A stretch of DNA of 64,000 nt from Bacteroidota bacterium (lineage in GTDB: Bacteria; Bacteroidota; Bacteroidia; Chitinophagales; Saprospiraceae), in the NCBI GenBank assembly GCA_029557915.1, contig JAKQHS010000111.1, forward strand, positions 5,918-69,917. Direction: 5' to 3'. The notes under the pieces were generated by a model that had not been told where the DNA came from, did not search any database, and worked only from the letters and a program-made list of their open reading frames with translations. This document shows, piece after piece, positions 52,756-61,679 of this stretch. Each line of letters begins with the position of its first letter. The first letter of the stretch is position 1. Position numbers and translations under genes: made by a program.

Positions 52756-55500
52756 ATGTCGATCATCAAAACTCCGGATCAGCGGGTCAGGGTATTTATC
52801 AGTTCTACGATAAACGAATTGGCAGATGAACGCAAAGCCGCCCGGGAAGCCATCGGTAACCTTCGTTTAATTCCCGTATTTTTTGAAGCGGGCGCCCGCC
52901 CCCACCCCCCCCGGGACCTTTATTCCGCCTATCTGGACCAAAGCCATATTTTCCTGGGCATCTACTGGAACAGTTACGGCTGGGTTGCCCCCGGTGCAAA
53001 GATTTCCGGTCTGGAAGATGAGTACCGCCTATGCGGGAATGATAAACCGAAATTGATCTATGTGAAACGTTCTTCCGAACGGCAATCCAGATTGCAGGAA
53101 TTGCTGGCCGATATCGAAAAAAGCGAAACCGCCTGTTACCAGACTTTCTCAGACGCGGACGAATTGCAAAGACTAATTGAAAACGACCTCTCCGTTCTCC
53201 TCTCTGAATCTTTTGAAAACGCCTTGTCAACCCGGCAGCCAAAGGGCGGGAGCGAGGGGGAGTGGTCCCTCGCCCCGCATCATCGGTTTGAAGAAATCCC
53301 TAATCTCCGTTCGGAGATTTATGGCCGGGAGGAGGACCTGGCCAGGGTAAATGAACTCCTGATCAAGCCGGGTGTCGGCCTGCTTACCCTTCTGGGCGCC
53401 GGAGGTACGGGTAAAACCACCCTTTCGGTACATGTTGCCCACGCTGTAAAAGACCGATTCCGGAACGGAGCGATATTTGTCCCCCTGGCTCCGGTCACGG
53501 ACCATCGCCTGGTCGGAGCTACCCTTGCCGGGGTAATGGGCATCCAGGACAGCGGCAAACAACCCATTGAACAGACCCTGGTGGACTTCCTGTCGGATAA
53601 ACAAATCCTGATGGTCCTGGACAATTTCGAACAGGTGGTGGAAGCCTCGCGATTTCTGAGTGATATCCTCGGCCAATGTAAAGACGTCAAAATCCTGGTG
53701 ACCAGCCGGACTTCCCTTCATATCCGGAATGAACGCATTTACAACCTGGCCCCCCTGGTTTTACCGGGCGAACACCAGATTCTAAGCCCGGAGGAACTGA
53801 GAAAATATCCCGCCACCCTGCTGTTTGTCGAGCGGGCCCTTGAGGTCAATCAGGGACTCCGGCTTAATAAAGAAAATACCGAAGCCATCCTGGAGATTTG
53901 CAGGCGGTTGGATGGTTTACCCCTGGCCATCGAACTGGCTGCGGCCCGGACAAAATTTTTCCAGCCCGCCGCCATGATGGCCCGCATAGAAAAAAGCCTG
54001 GACCTCGTATCCAAAGGCCAAAAGGACCTGCCCGAAAGGCAGCAAACCCTCCGCGCGGCTATAGAATGGAGTTATGGTCTGCTGGCCGAGGATACCCGCA
54101 AGGCATTTCGCCAATTGGGCATTTTTAAAAGAAGCTGGACCCTCGATGCCATGGATGTCGTCCTGAATGGCGAAAAGCCAACCGTGGATGTGGAAGAGAT
54201 GACGGAACGCTTATTGGATGTCAGCCTGATCAAACCATCCATGGCAGGCCACGCTTCAGAACCCCGGTTCAATATGCTGCAAACGGTGCATGAATATGCA
54301 ATGGAAATGCTGGAACAAGCTCCGGAAGCATTGGAAACTAAAAAACGCTACGCGGATTACTTTCTGGATTTAAGTAAAGCGGCCTCTGAATATGCCTGGT
54401 GGGCTCATGGAGAATCCTGGTTGGACAAGCTGGAAACGGAATATCAAAACATCCGTTCTGCCTTCTATTTTTTTATTGAGCAAAAAGAATATGAGAAGGC
54501 ATGGGATCTGTTTTATTACATGGTAGTATACTGGAATATCCGGGGGGGATTTTCGGAAGGCCTGAAATGGATTGAAGACGCCGGAATTTTAAATCCTGAG
54601 CTCCAGGAATCCGAACTCATAAGTGTCGAGTCCCGGGGAAGAACCCTCACATGGGCAGCCCTGGTGCGCCTTATGCTCATGCAAATTGATGAAGGATACC
54701 AACTGTTGCATAAAGCGGAAGAAATGTTAGCACCCACCGATAACCGCAGGGATTACGCCTATGCCCTACTGTTTGACGGCTGTTTCGGTGCCTTCCTGGG
54801 CTTTCCGGATGCCCCGGTTAAAATAGAACAAGCCAGGGTGCTTTGCGAGGGGCTAAAGGAACCCCTTCCGTTGACCATGTTTTATGTATGGGGCTATGAA
54901 TACTACCGGCAACAAAACCGGATGGACCTGGTAAATAAACACTTTGAACAAGCCCAAAAAATTGCCTCCGAACTCGGAATTACCTATATCCTTGGTGCTT
55001 TGTTTATACAAAAGTTCAGTTTGGATGTCATGAATCCGGAAAACGATTGGGAGCAGACGGCCCGGGAGGCCCAGTCCATGTATAAGTTATTGCCCGAAAA
55101 GGGATATAAAGGACTCAAATCAGCCGCTATGAATGCTTACGCTTACGCCCAGCTTATGCAAGGCAAACCGGAAGCAAGCCACCTTCCCCTGATGAAAGCG
55201 CTGGAATTTGCCAGGGAATGCGGAGAAAAAGAAAGCGAGTTTTATGGCATCATGCTGGCCATTGGATATTTTAAAGTCGTCCAAAACAATGAAAAGGCCT
55301 ACAAACTTTTCGGAGCGTTGGACACCTTCCTGGAAGTAACCCAATACCCGCTGATTGGCGCATCAGAAGTCCAATATGCCCAAGTCAAATCTAAACTTGA
55401 ACCCAATTTTACACTGGCCGAAAACAATCGATGGTACGATGAAGGGCGAAAATGGAGAATTGAAGAAGCCGTGATGTACGCCATGCAGGAACAGACCTGA
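52756..55500 (+). CDS. STAND NTPase: N-terminal DUF4062-like domain, NB-ARC ATPase, C-terminal TPR-like array
   Basis: The N-terminus VRVFISSTINELADERKAAREAI...SHIFLGIYWNSYGWV...KLIYVKR looks like DUF4062. NB-ARC motifs are the P-loop LLGAGGTGKTTL, Walker B ILMVLDNFEQV, ILVTSRT and the GLPL motif LDGLPLAIELAAAR. About 450 aa of helical repeats follow. Confidence 0.8.
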   Translation: MSIIKTPDQRVRVFISSTINELADERKAAREAIGNLRLIPVFFEAGARPHPPRDLYSAYLDQSHIFLGIYWNSYGWVAPGAKISGLEDEYRLCGNDKPKLIYVKRSSERQSRLQELLADIEKSETACYQTFSDADELQRLIENDLSVLLSESFENALSTRQPKGGSEGEWSLAPHHRFEEIPNLRSEIYGREEDLARVNELLIKPGVGLLTLLGAGGTGKTTLSVHVAHAVKDRFRNGAIFVPLAPVTDHRLVGATLAGVMGIQDSGKQPIEQTLVDFLSDKQILMVLDNFEQVVEASRFLSDILGQCKDVKILVTSRTSLHIRNERIYNLAPLVLPGEHQILSPEELRKYPATLLFVERALEVNQGLRLNKENTEAILEICRRLDGLPLAIELAAARTKFFQPAAMMARIEKSLDLVSKGQKDLPERQQTLRAAIEWSYGLLAEDTRKAFRQLGIFKRSWTLDAMDVVLNGEKPTVDVEEMTERLLDVSLIKPSMAGHASEPRFNMLQTVHEYAMEMLEQAPEALETKKRYADYFLDLSKAASEYAWWAHGESWLDKLETEYQNIRSAFYFFIEQKEYEKAWDLFYYMVVYWNIRGGFSEGLKWIEDAGILNPELQESELISVESRGRTLTWAALVRLMLMQIDEGYQLLHKAEEMLAPTDNRRDYAYALLFDGCFGAFLGFPDAPVKIEQARVLCEGLKEPLPLTMFYVWGYEYYRQQNRMDLVNKHFEQAQKIASELGITYILGALFIQKFSLDVMNPENDWEQTAREAQSMYKLLPEKGYKGLKSAAMNAYAYAQLMQGKPEASHLPLMKALEFARECGEKESEFYGIMLAIGYFKVVQNNEKAYKLFGALDTFLEVTQYPLIGASEVQYAQVKSKLEPNFTLAENNRWYDEGRKWRIEEAVMYAMQEQT

Positions 55501-55525
55501 TCAAAAACCTTAGGCTAAAGGCCCT

Positions 55526-57022
55526 TTACAACTTACTGTTGCTTACAAAGGCAACCTTTTTCCCATCCGGCGACCAGCTGGGTACATTGATGGTCCCCTG
55601 GCCTCCGTATATGTAGGCGATCGTTCTGGGCACCCCGCCACTTGCCGGCATGATCCTCAGGTACACCCTTTGGTAAAAAGGATGGGTGGTCGGATCAATT
55701 TCTTTGGGAAAGGAAATAAAAAGGATTTGTTTGCCGTCGGGTGAAAAATGGGGAAACCAATCGTTGTACTCATCAAAGGTCACCTGCTGCTGACCGCTGC
55801 CATCGGGTTTCATCCGCCAGAGTTTCATGGTGCCCGTGCGGACTGAATTGAAATAGATCCACTGGCCGTTGGGGCTGTACTCCGGCCCGTCATCCAGGGT
55901 GGGGCTGTTGGTGATCTGGGTTTCTTTCCGGGTGGCAATGTCCACGGCCCAGATATCATATTGTCCTTTTCGTTGGCCGGTAAAGATGAGTTTGCGGCCA
56001 TCGGGAGACCAACTGTGCAGGTAAGAATGACCGGAATCCGGGGAAGTGATCTGAACCGGTTTATCGGAACCGGTGATGGGCAAAGTGTACAAAGTGGAGA
56101 TCCTTCTTTCCCCCACATGATTGCTGATGGCCAGTTTGGTCCCATCGAAGGAAATCACATGATCGTTATTGTTGGACCGGGCCTCCCCCGTGTTCAGTTC
56201 CGTGATCTTTCCGTCCGCCAGGGCGTACTTGTACAAGAGCCCGGCGGAACTGTTGTAAATCAGATGTTTCCCGTCTTTGGTCCAGTTGGGAGCCTGGATG
56301 GAATTGGGTACGCTGTATAAAATTTTCCGGTGACCGGTGGCCACCTCCATCACTTCCAGGTGGCTGCCGATATAATCCCGGTAAGGGCGGTAATCCGGGT
56401 TCACGGGAATGATGATCCGCACATTGCTGAATACCGCGGTCTCCAGCACATCCTCTACATGAGAGCAAATAAACAGGCCTGCATAGACTTCTTCATTGAG
56501 TTCGATTTCCTTTGAAACCGATTTATAATTCTCCCCGAAGGTCCCGGCAGAGAAAGTAAACAGATTGCCTCTGCGCGAAAATTCAATATCCGTCGGATGA
56601 TAGGAGGACAGGACGACCTGGTAGGTGTTGGAGGTATCCGTGGGCCGGTATTGCAGGGAACTGAGGATATCCCCGTGTACGCAGGCGTCGGCATACCGGG
56701 AATTAGTGGTCAGTTCATCCCGGGCGATGATGCCTATTTTGCGGTGCTCCGCGGCGCCTTTGCCAATAAACTTTATGGTGGCGCTGATCGTAAAATCCCC
56801 TTTGATTTTTTTCCATAAAAAATGAAACTGGTCCGCCTTGGCCCACATATTGATTCCTGCTCCCGTGACGGTATACGTCTGCTCTTTTTCATCGTACACG
56901 GCCGAACCCGGCAGTTTAGGGTTTCCCACGTCCTGGTGATGGTCAAACTGCCCGATGGGATTCATTTGCCCGAAGCCGGCAATCGAGAATAACAAAAGGA
57001 TTACAGAAATGCTTTTCTTCAT
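55526..57022 (-). CDS. Secreted TolB-like beta-propeller (PD40 repeat) protein with N-terminal lectin/jelly-roll-like domain
   Basis: It has a signal peptide (LLLFSIAGFGQ). PD40/WD40-like repeats include HSWSPDGRKLIF, GPEYSPNGQWIYFNS, FPHFSPDGKQILFIS and PSWSPDGKKVAFVS. Confidence 0.75.
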   Translation of the reverse strand: MKKSISVILLLFSIAGFGQMNPIGQFDHHQDVGNPKLPGSAVYDEKEQTYTVTGAGINMWAKADQFHFLWKKIKGDFTISATIKFIGKGAAEHRKIGIIARDELTTNSRYADACVHGDILSSLQYRPTDTSNTYQVVLSSYHPTDIEFSRRGNLFTFSAGTFGENYKSVSKEIELNEEVYAGLFICSHVEDVLETAVFSNVRIIIPVNPDYRPYRDYIGSHLEVMEVATGHRKILYSVPNSIQAPNWTKDGKHLIYNSSAGLLYKYALADGKITELNTGEARSNNNDHVISFDGTKLAISNHVGERRISTLYTLPITGSDKPVQITSPDSGHSYLHSWSPDGRKLIFTGQRKGQYDIWAVDIATRKETQITNSPTLDDGPEYSPNGQWIYFNSVRTGTMKLWRMKPDGSGQQQVTFDEYNDWFPHFSPDGKQILFISFPKEIDPTTHPFYQRVYLRIMPASGGVPRTIAYIYGGQGTINVPSWSPDGKKVAFVSNSKL

Positions 57023-57271
57023 GATTAAATGATTGGGCCACTAAGTTAGGACGGGATCTGCAAAGGGGGCTATACCGCCTTGGGATTTCGGCCTGAAATC
57101 GTTGGCCCATATCACATTCTTAATCCAAAATGAAACAAAACCCTCAAAAAAGGCGAGTGGTCTTGAGTGGCCTCAAATAATAATTTTCACGGGTTTTGAT
57201 TTGTTGTCTAATTTTGGTCACTCGCTGAATCACCGATTCATTTCCTTTATTAAAGTTTAAAACCTTATTTT

Positions 57272-57655
57272 ATGACCTCAGAAACCAACAGCATCAACTG
57301 GTTTGAGATTTCCGTGAGCGATTTGCCGCGTGCCCGGAAATTTTACGAAACTCTTTTCGGCATAGAAATGCCCACCGACACCATGATGGGCATGGAAATG
57401 GCCTTTTTCCCCTATGAAAATGGAAGCGGGAAAGCATCCGGCGCATTGGTCAAAAGCGACTATCACATTCCCAGTGAAAACGGGGTAAAAATTTATCTCA
57501 ACGGTAACCCGGACCTTCAAAATGCCTTGTCTAAAGTGGAAGGAGCGGGTGGACGAATCACCATGCCCAAAACCCATATAGGGGACGACGTCGGGTACAT
57601 GGCCTTCTTTTTGGATACGGAAGGGAATTCGATTGCCCTGCATTCGAATGGTTGA
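57272..57655 (+). CDS. VOC-family protein
   Basis: 127 aa: INWFEISVSDLPRARKFYETLFG ... GYMAFFLDTEGNSIALHS. Confidence 0.75.
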   Translation: MTSETNSINWFEISVSDLPRARKFYETLFGIEMPTDTMMGMEMAFFPYENGSGKASGALVKSDYHIPSENGVKIYLNGNPDLQNALSKVEGAGGRITMPKTHIGDDVGYMAFFLDTEGNSIALHSNG

Positions 57656-57687
57656 ATTGTGGAATTGTTGAAGTGCGGAATTGTTTT
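57654..57687. repeat. GGAATTGT octamer microsatellite overlapping or following a stop codon
   Basis: The array reads tGAATTGT GGAATTGT tgaagtgc GGAATTGT ttt. The TGA stop (57653-57655) is part of the first unit. Confidence 0.8.
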
Positions 57688-57812
57688 AAGGCTACCTGCC
57701 TCGATCCAAGCACCAATCACAACTAAGGGAATGTTTGGAAAAGGGAGGATGGGGGAAAGGGAGGAAGAAGACGACCTATCTGTCGTGCAGTTCAATCTGC
57801 TAATTTTGTCCA

Positions 57813-58127
57813 ATGTCCCAATTCCAAACTCTCGAAGATTTTAAGTCAAGCCTTAGCCTGGCCGAGCCACCGAAGGAGATGAGTCTTCACCTCAAGGCCT
57901 TGTGGTATGATGCCAATGAGGATTGGGATTCAGCCCATAAAGCTATCCAGGATGAGGGGGATGCCTTTTCAGCCCGGATCCATGCCTATCTCCACCGAAA
58001 GGAAGGCGACCTGGGGAATGCAGATTACTGGTACCGGAGAAGCGGCAGCTCCAGGCCCAGGCTCAGCCTGGAGGAGGAGTGGATGGAGTTGGTCCGTCAT
58101 GGAGTTCAGATCGATACAGGGCATTAG
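57813..58127 (+). CDS. Hypothetical protein
   Basis: 104 aa with a clean ORF and a plausible helical composition. I recognised no family. Confidence 0.45.
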   Translation: MSQFQTLEDFKSSLSLAEPPKEMSLHLKALWYDANEDWDSAHKAIQDEGDAFSARIHAYLHRKEGDLGNADYWYRRSGSSRPRLSLEEEWMELVRHGVQIDTGH

Positions 58128-58341
58128 CGCCCAGGTATCGATCACCCGATGTCCAAAGAGAGTGTAGAGGCCTGTTTGTCTCGCACGGAGCAAAGGAGCA
58201 CACGGAGATTATATAACAAAGAAGGGAAAGGCGAGTGAGCTTTGGGGTTTTATTTATTGACCAACCCTGATCAAAACTCCGTGTTCTCCATCCCTCCGCG
58301 CGACAACGATATGGAAGTCGTTCCCCATCGGAGATAGTAGC

Positions 58342-58378
58342 GGAGTGAAGGGGTGATTGCGAGTCACCCCTTCACTCC
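58342..58378. other. Perfect 15-bp-stem hairpin
   Basis: GGAGTGAAGGGGTGA-TTGCGAG-TCACCCCTTCACTCC lies about 90 nt upstream of the 58466 receptor gene. No T-run follows it. Confidence 0.7.
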
Positions 58379-58465
58379 CACCCCAGATTCCCCCCATCCG
58401 GGGGAAATGCGATCTTTCCAAACCGGGTTTATTTGCCTCTTTGCTTCCAAACTCCGGTTCATCCA

Positions 58466-60979
58466 ATGACAAAGTCCCTGAAAAATCGAATACGCCCATA
58501 CGCCGCCACTCTCCAATCAATATCAAATAAAGGTTTTAACCTCCTTCTGATCTCCATTTTTGGACTCAATATGGCTTTTGCCCAGGAATCCATTCAAATT
58601 AAAATGCAGGTCATGGATGAGAATCAGCGTCCCCTGGAAGGAGCCAATGTCCTGATTTACCGGCTGCCGGATTCCGTTTTTGTCAAGGGGGACATTACCA
58701 ATGAAACGGGGGAAGCGAAGGAACTCACGGGTTTTAAGAGTGGTCCGTATTTTTCCAAAGTGAGCATGCTGGGGTATAGTCCTTCGGTCAGCGGGTCTTT
58801 TACCCTTCAGGCCGGATCCGCCGTCCACGATTTAGGAATTATACAATTAAAAGATCAGGCCGTCAACCTTTCCACGGTAACGGTGACCGCACAGAAGCCC
58901 TTTATTGAGCGCAGGCTGGACCGGCTGATTGTGAATGTAGATGGCAGCATCGTCGGGGCGGGCAGTTCTGCCTTTGATGTACTCGAAAGATCTCCGGGCA
59001 TCCTTATCGATGCCAACGACAATATATCCATGAGGGGCCGCAGCGGGGTCATCATCTATGTGGACGGCAAACCATCCCCCATGTCCGGGGCCGACCTGGC
59101 CAATTTCCTGAGAGGTTTGCCGGCCAATGCCATCGACCGCATCGACCTGATCACCAATCCTTCCGCCCGGTACGATGCGGCAGGGAATGCAGGGATCATC
59201 GACATCAAAATGAAAAAGGACCAGCGGCTGGGCACCAACGGGACTTTTTCGGCAGGTTATGGCCAGGGAGTGTATCCCAAGGCCAATACCGGACTGAGCC
59301 TGAATCACCGCAATAAAAAAATCAATGTCTTCGGCAATTACAATTACGCTTACCGCCTCGGACTCAACCACTTGTTGCTGGACCGCAATTTTTACGACAA
59401 TTTTGAATTCAGCGGAAAGGACGAAAAGGACAACTATACCAAGATCCCCGGCCATTTTCACGCCCTCCGCTGGGGAGCGGATTTTTCTCCCAATGAAAAA
59501 ACCATCCTCGGGGTGGTTTTGAATGCCAATTTTAATGCCTTCAATCCTTTTAACCGGAATTCCTCCCGGGTCTTTGATCAAAACCGGAATCCCGTTTTTA
59601 ACTTCAATACGAATACCGACAATCACAATCAAAACAACAACCTGATCGCCAACCTCAATTTTAAAAGAAGCCTGGACAGTACCGGCAGGGAAATCACGGC
59701 GGATATCGACTATGGCCGGTTCTCCACCCTGGGCACTTCATCCAATACCACCCGCTATTTCCAGCTCAACGGTGAAGTGCTGCGCCCGGATTACACCCTC
59801 CTGGGGGACCAGGACGGCCTGCTGGACTTCATCACCGCGAAGGCAGACTATACCCACCCGATCAATAAGACCACCAAGTGGGAGGCCGGTTTCAAAACTT
59901 CCTTTGTCTCCTCGGACCAGGATGCCAAATTTTGGGAAAAGAACGGCCAGGAAGTCACCGTGGATGAAACCAAAACCAACCGGTTTTATTATAAGGAAGG
60001 CAATAACGCGGGCTATCTGAACTGGAGCAAAGAATTTAAAAAATTCAGTTTGCTGGTCGGTTTGCGGGGAGAACACACGCAAATCAATACCCGGCAGGAA
60101 AAGGGAAACATCCGTTTCGATTCCTCTTATTTCCAATTGTTCCCCAGCGCCTTCCTGAATTACCGCCTGGACAAAAACCAGACCTTCAGCCTTTCGGTCA
60201 GCCGCAGGATCGACCGCCCCGGATACAATTCTCTGAATCCCTTTTTATTCCTGATCGACGTGACCACCTATGCCACGGGCAATCCCGTCCTGCTGCCCCA
60301 GTTTACCTGGAATTTTGAAGCCGGGTATACGAGAAAAACGGTCAACCTGACCCTGGCTTACAGCAGGACCCTGCAAAATCAAACCGTGATCCTTTCCAGG
60401 TTCAAAGACGTTTTCCCCCATATTCCCTCAGAAGAAAATGTGACGGTCCAGATCCCGGTCAACCTGATCTCCTCGGACTATTACGGCCTCACAATGTCCA
60501 CTCCCCTGGCCGTAAAATCCTGGTGGAACATGATCAATAATTATTCCCTGTTCTACAACCATTTCAACGGCAATTTGTCCGGCACCTCGCTCAACAACGG
60601 GAAAGCCGTGTTTTCCGGGAGCACCAACAACAATTTCACTATGAAAAAAGGCTGGGCGGCCGAACTTTCATTTAATTTCAATACCGGGAATCAGTATGGA
60701 TACCTCACCTTTGAACCTCAGTGGGCCCTGGGTGCCGGCATCCAGAAAAAAGTGCTCAAAGAACAGGGGACCCTGCGTTTCAACGTAACCGATATCTTCT
60801 GGACCAATCTGCCCAAGGCCACCATCCGGTTTAACAATTATATCGAAAACTGGCATGCCTACCGGGAAACCCGGGTGGCTAACCTGAATTTTACCTACCG
60901 TTTTGGAAACACTAAAGTGGCCCAGGCCAGGAGAAGGACTACAGGTTCCGAAGAGGAAAGACAAAGGGCTGGAAACTGA
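58466..60979 (+). CDS. TonB-dependent-receptor-like outer-membrane beta-barrel protein (CarboxypepD_reg, plug, barrel)
   Basis: The start at 58466 gives the signal LLLISIFGLNMAFAQ. It has a CarboxypepD_reg-like N-terminus (IQIKMQVMDENQRPLEGANVLIYR...GYFSKVSMLGY), a plug-like region (SAFDVLERSPGILID...ISMRGRSGVIIYVDG) and a barrel ending NLNFTYRFG plus a basic tail. Confidence 0.8.
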   Translation: MTKSLKNRIRPYAATLQSISNKGFNLLLISIFGLNMAFAQESIQIKMQVMDENQRPLEGANVLIYRLPDSVFVKGDITNETGEAKELTGFKSGPYFSKVSMLGYSPSVSGSFTLQAGSAVHDLGIIQLKDQAVNLSTVTVTAQKPFIERRLDRLIVNVDGSIVGAGSSAFDVLERSPGILIDANDNISMRGRSGVIIYVDGKPSPMSGADLANFLRGLPANAIDRIDLITNPSARYDAAGNAGIIDIKMKKDQRLGTNGTFSAGYGQGVYPKANTGLSLNHRNKKINVFGNYNYAYRLGLNHLLLDRNFYDNFEFSGKDEKDNYTKIPGHFHALRWGADFSPNEKTILGVVLNANFNAFNPFNRNSSRVFDQNRNPVFNFNTNTDNHNQNNNLIANLNFKRSLDSTGREITADIDYGRFSTLGTSSNTTRYFQLNGEVLRPDYTLLGDQDGLLDFITAKADYTHPINKTTKWEAGFKTSFVSSDQDAKFWEKNGQEVTVDETKTNRFYYKEGNNAGYLNWSKEFKKFSLLVGLRGEHTQINTRQEKGNIRFDSSYFQLFPSAFLNYRLDKNQTFSLSVSRRIDRPGYNSLNPFLFLIDVTTYATGNPVLLPQFTWNFEAGYTRKTVNLTLAYSRTLQNQTVILSRFKDVFPHIPSEENVTVQIPVNLISSDYYGLTMSTPLAVKSWWNMINNYSLFYNHFNGNLSGTSLNNGKAVFSGSTNNNFTMKKGWAAELSFNFNTGNQYGYLTFEPQWALGAGIQKKVLKEQGTLRFNVTDIFWTNLPKATIRFNNYIENWHAYRETRVANLNFTYRFGNTKVAQARRRTTGSEEERQRAGN

Positions 60980-61054
60980 GCGCTTCCTTTCCTCCCTTCC
61001 TCCCTCCCGCGGCCGCTGGACTCCTTTTCGAAGAAAACGTCCTATCTTGTTTTT

Positions 61055-61492
61055 ATGAAAATAAAATTTCTTTTGTTCCTGCTGTTCATTCAGGCTGTGC
61101 CGGGATTCTGTCAATACCAAGCCAAATCCAAGGCTGAGCAATCCATCCTGGATAATTTTAATGAACAGGTCCGCTGCTGGAACGCCGGTGATATAGAATG
61201 TTATTGCCAGGGCTACCTCAAAAGCGGCGAAACCCGGATCGTCTCCAGCCGCGGCATCACCAGCGGTTATGAGGCCATTTTAGCAAGTTATCAAAAAAAC
61301 TGGCCAAAGGAGAGGATGGGACAACTGCATTTCGATCAGCTAAGAATGGATAAACTTTCTTCCAAAGCTTACCTGGTCCATGGCCGTTTTAACCTGACTT
61401 ATCCGGAGGCCAAAGCCCTTTCCGGTTATTTTACGGTGGTCATGAAAAAAGTCGGGGGAAAATGGCTGATGTTCGCGGATCATTCATCATAG
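61055..61492 (+). CDS. NTF2-like / DUF4440 (SnoaL-like) family protein, secreted
   Basis: 145 aa with a signal peptide. The segments FNEQVRCWNAGDIECYCQGY ... GYFTVVMKKVGGKWLMFADHSS are typical of YybH/DUF4440-type NTF2 folds. Confidence 0.6.
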   Translation: MKIKFLLFLLFIQAVPGFCQYQAKSKAEQSILDNFNEQVRCWNAGDIECYCQGYLKSGETRIVSSRGITSGYEAILASYQKNWPKERMGQLHFDQLRMDKLSSKAYLVHGRFNLTYPEAKALSGYFTVVMKKVGGKWLMFADHSS

Positions 61493-61494
61493 GG

Positions 61495-61528
61495 TGTGGA
61501 ATTGTGGAATTACAGAATTGGTAAATGG
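61495..61528. repeat. GGAATTGT octamer microsatellite directly after a stop codon
   Basis: The sequence reads tag ggtgt GGAATTGT GGAATTac aGAATTGg taaatgg. It begins within 5 nt of the TAG at 61490-61492. Confidence 0.75.
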
Positions 61529-61679
61529 TTACACGGGCTTCCATCCATTAAATTCAAAAGAAAATAATCAAATCGCGTAACCCTTTCCCGGTCAGGAAGT
61601 ATATAACAGGCGACCTGGTCTCTGCAACCTTGCACAGAGTTTAATTGTCTTTCATTTATTTCCAACATACTCCACCGCC

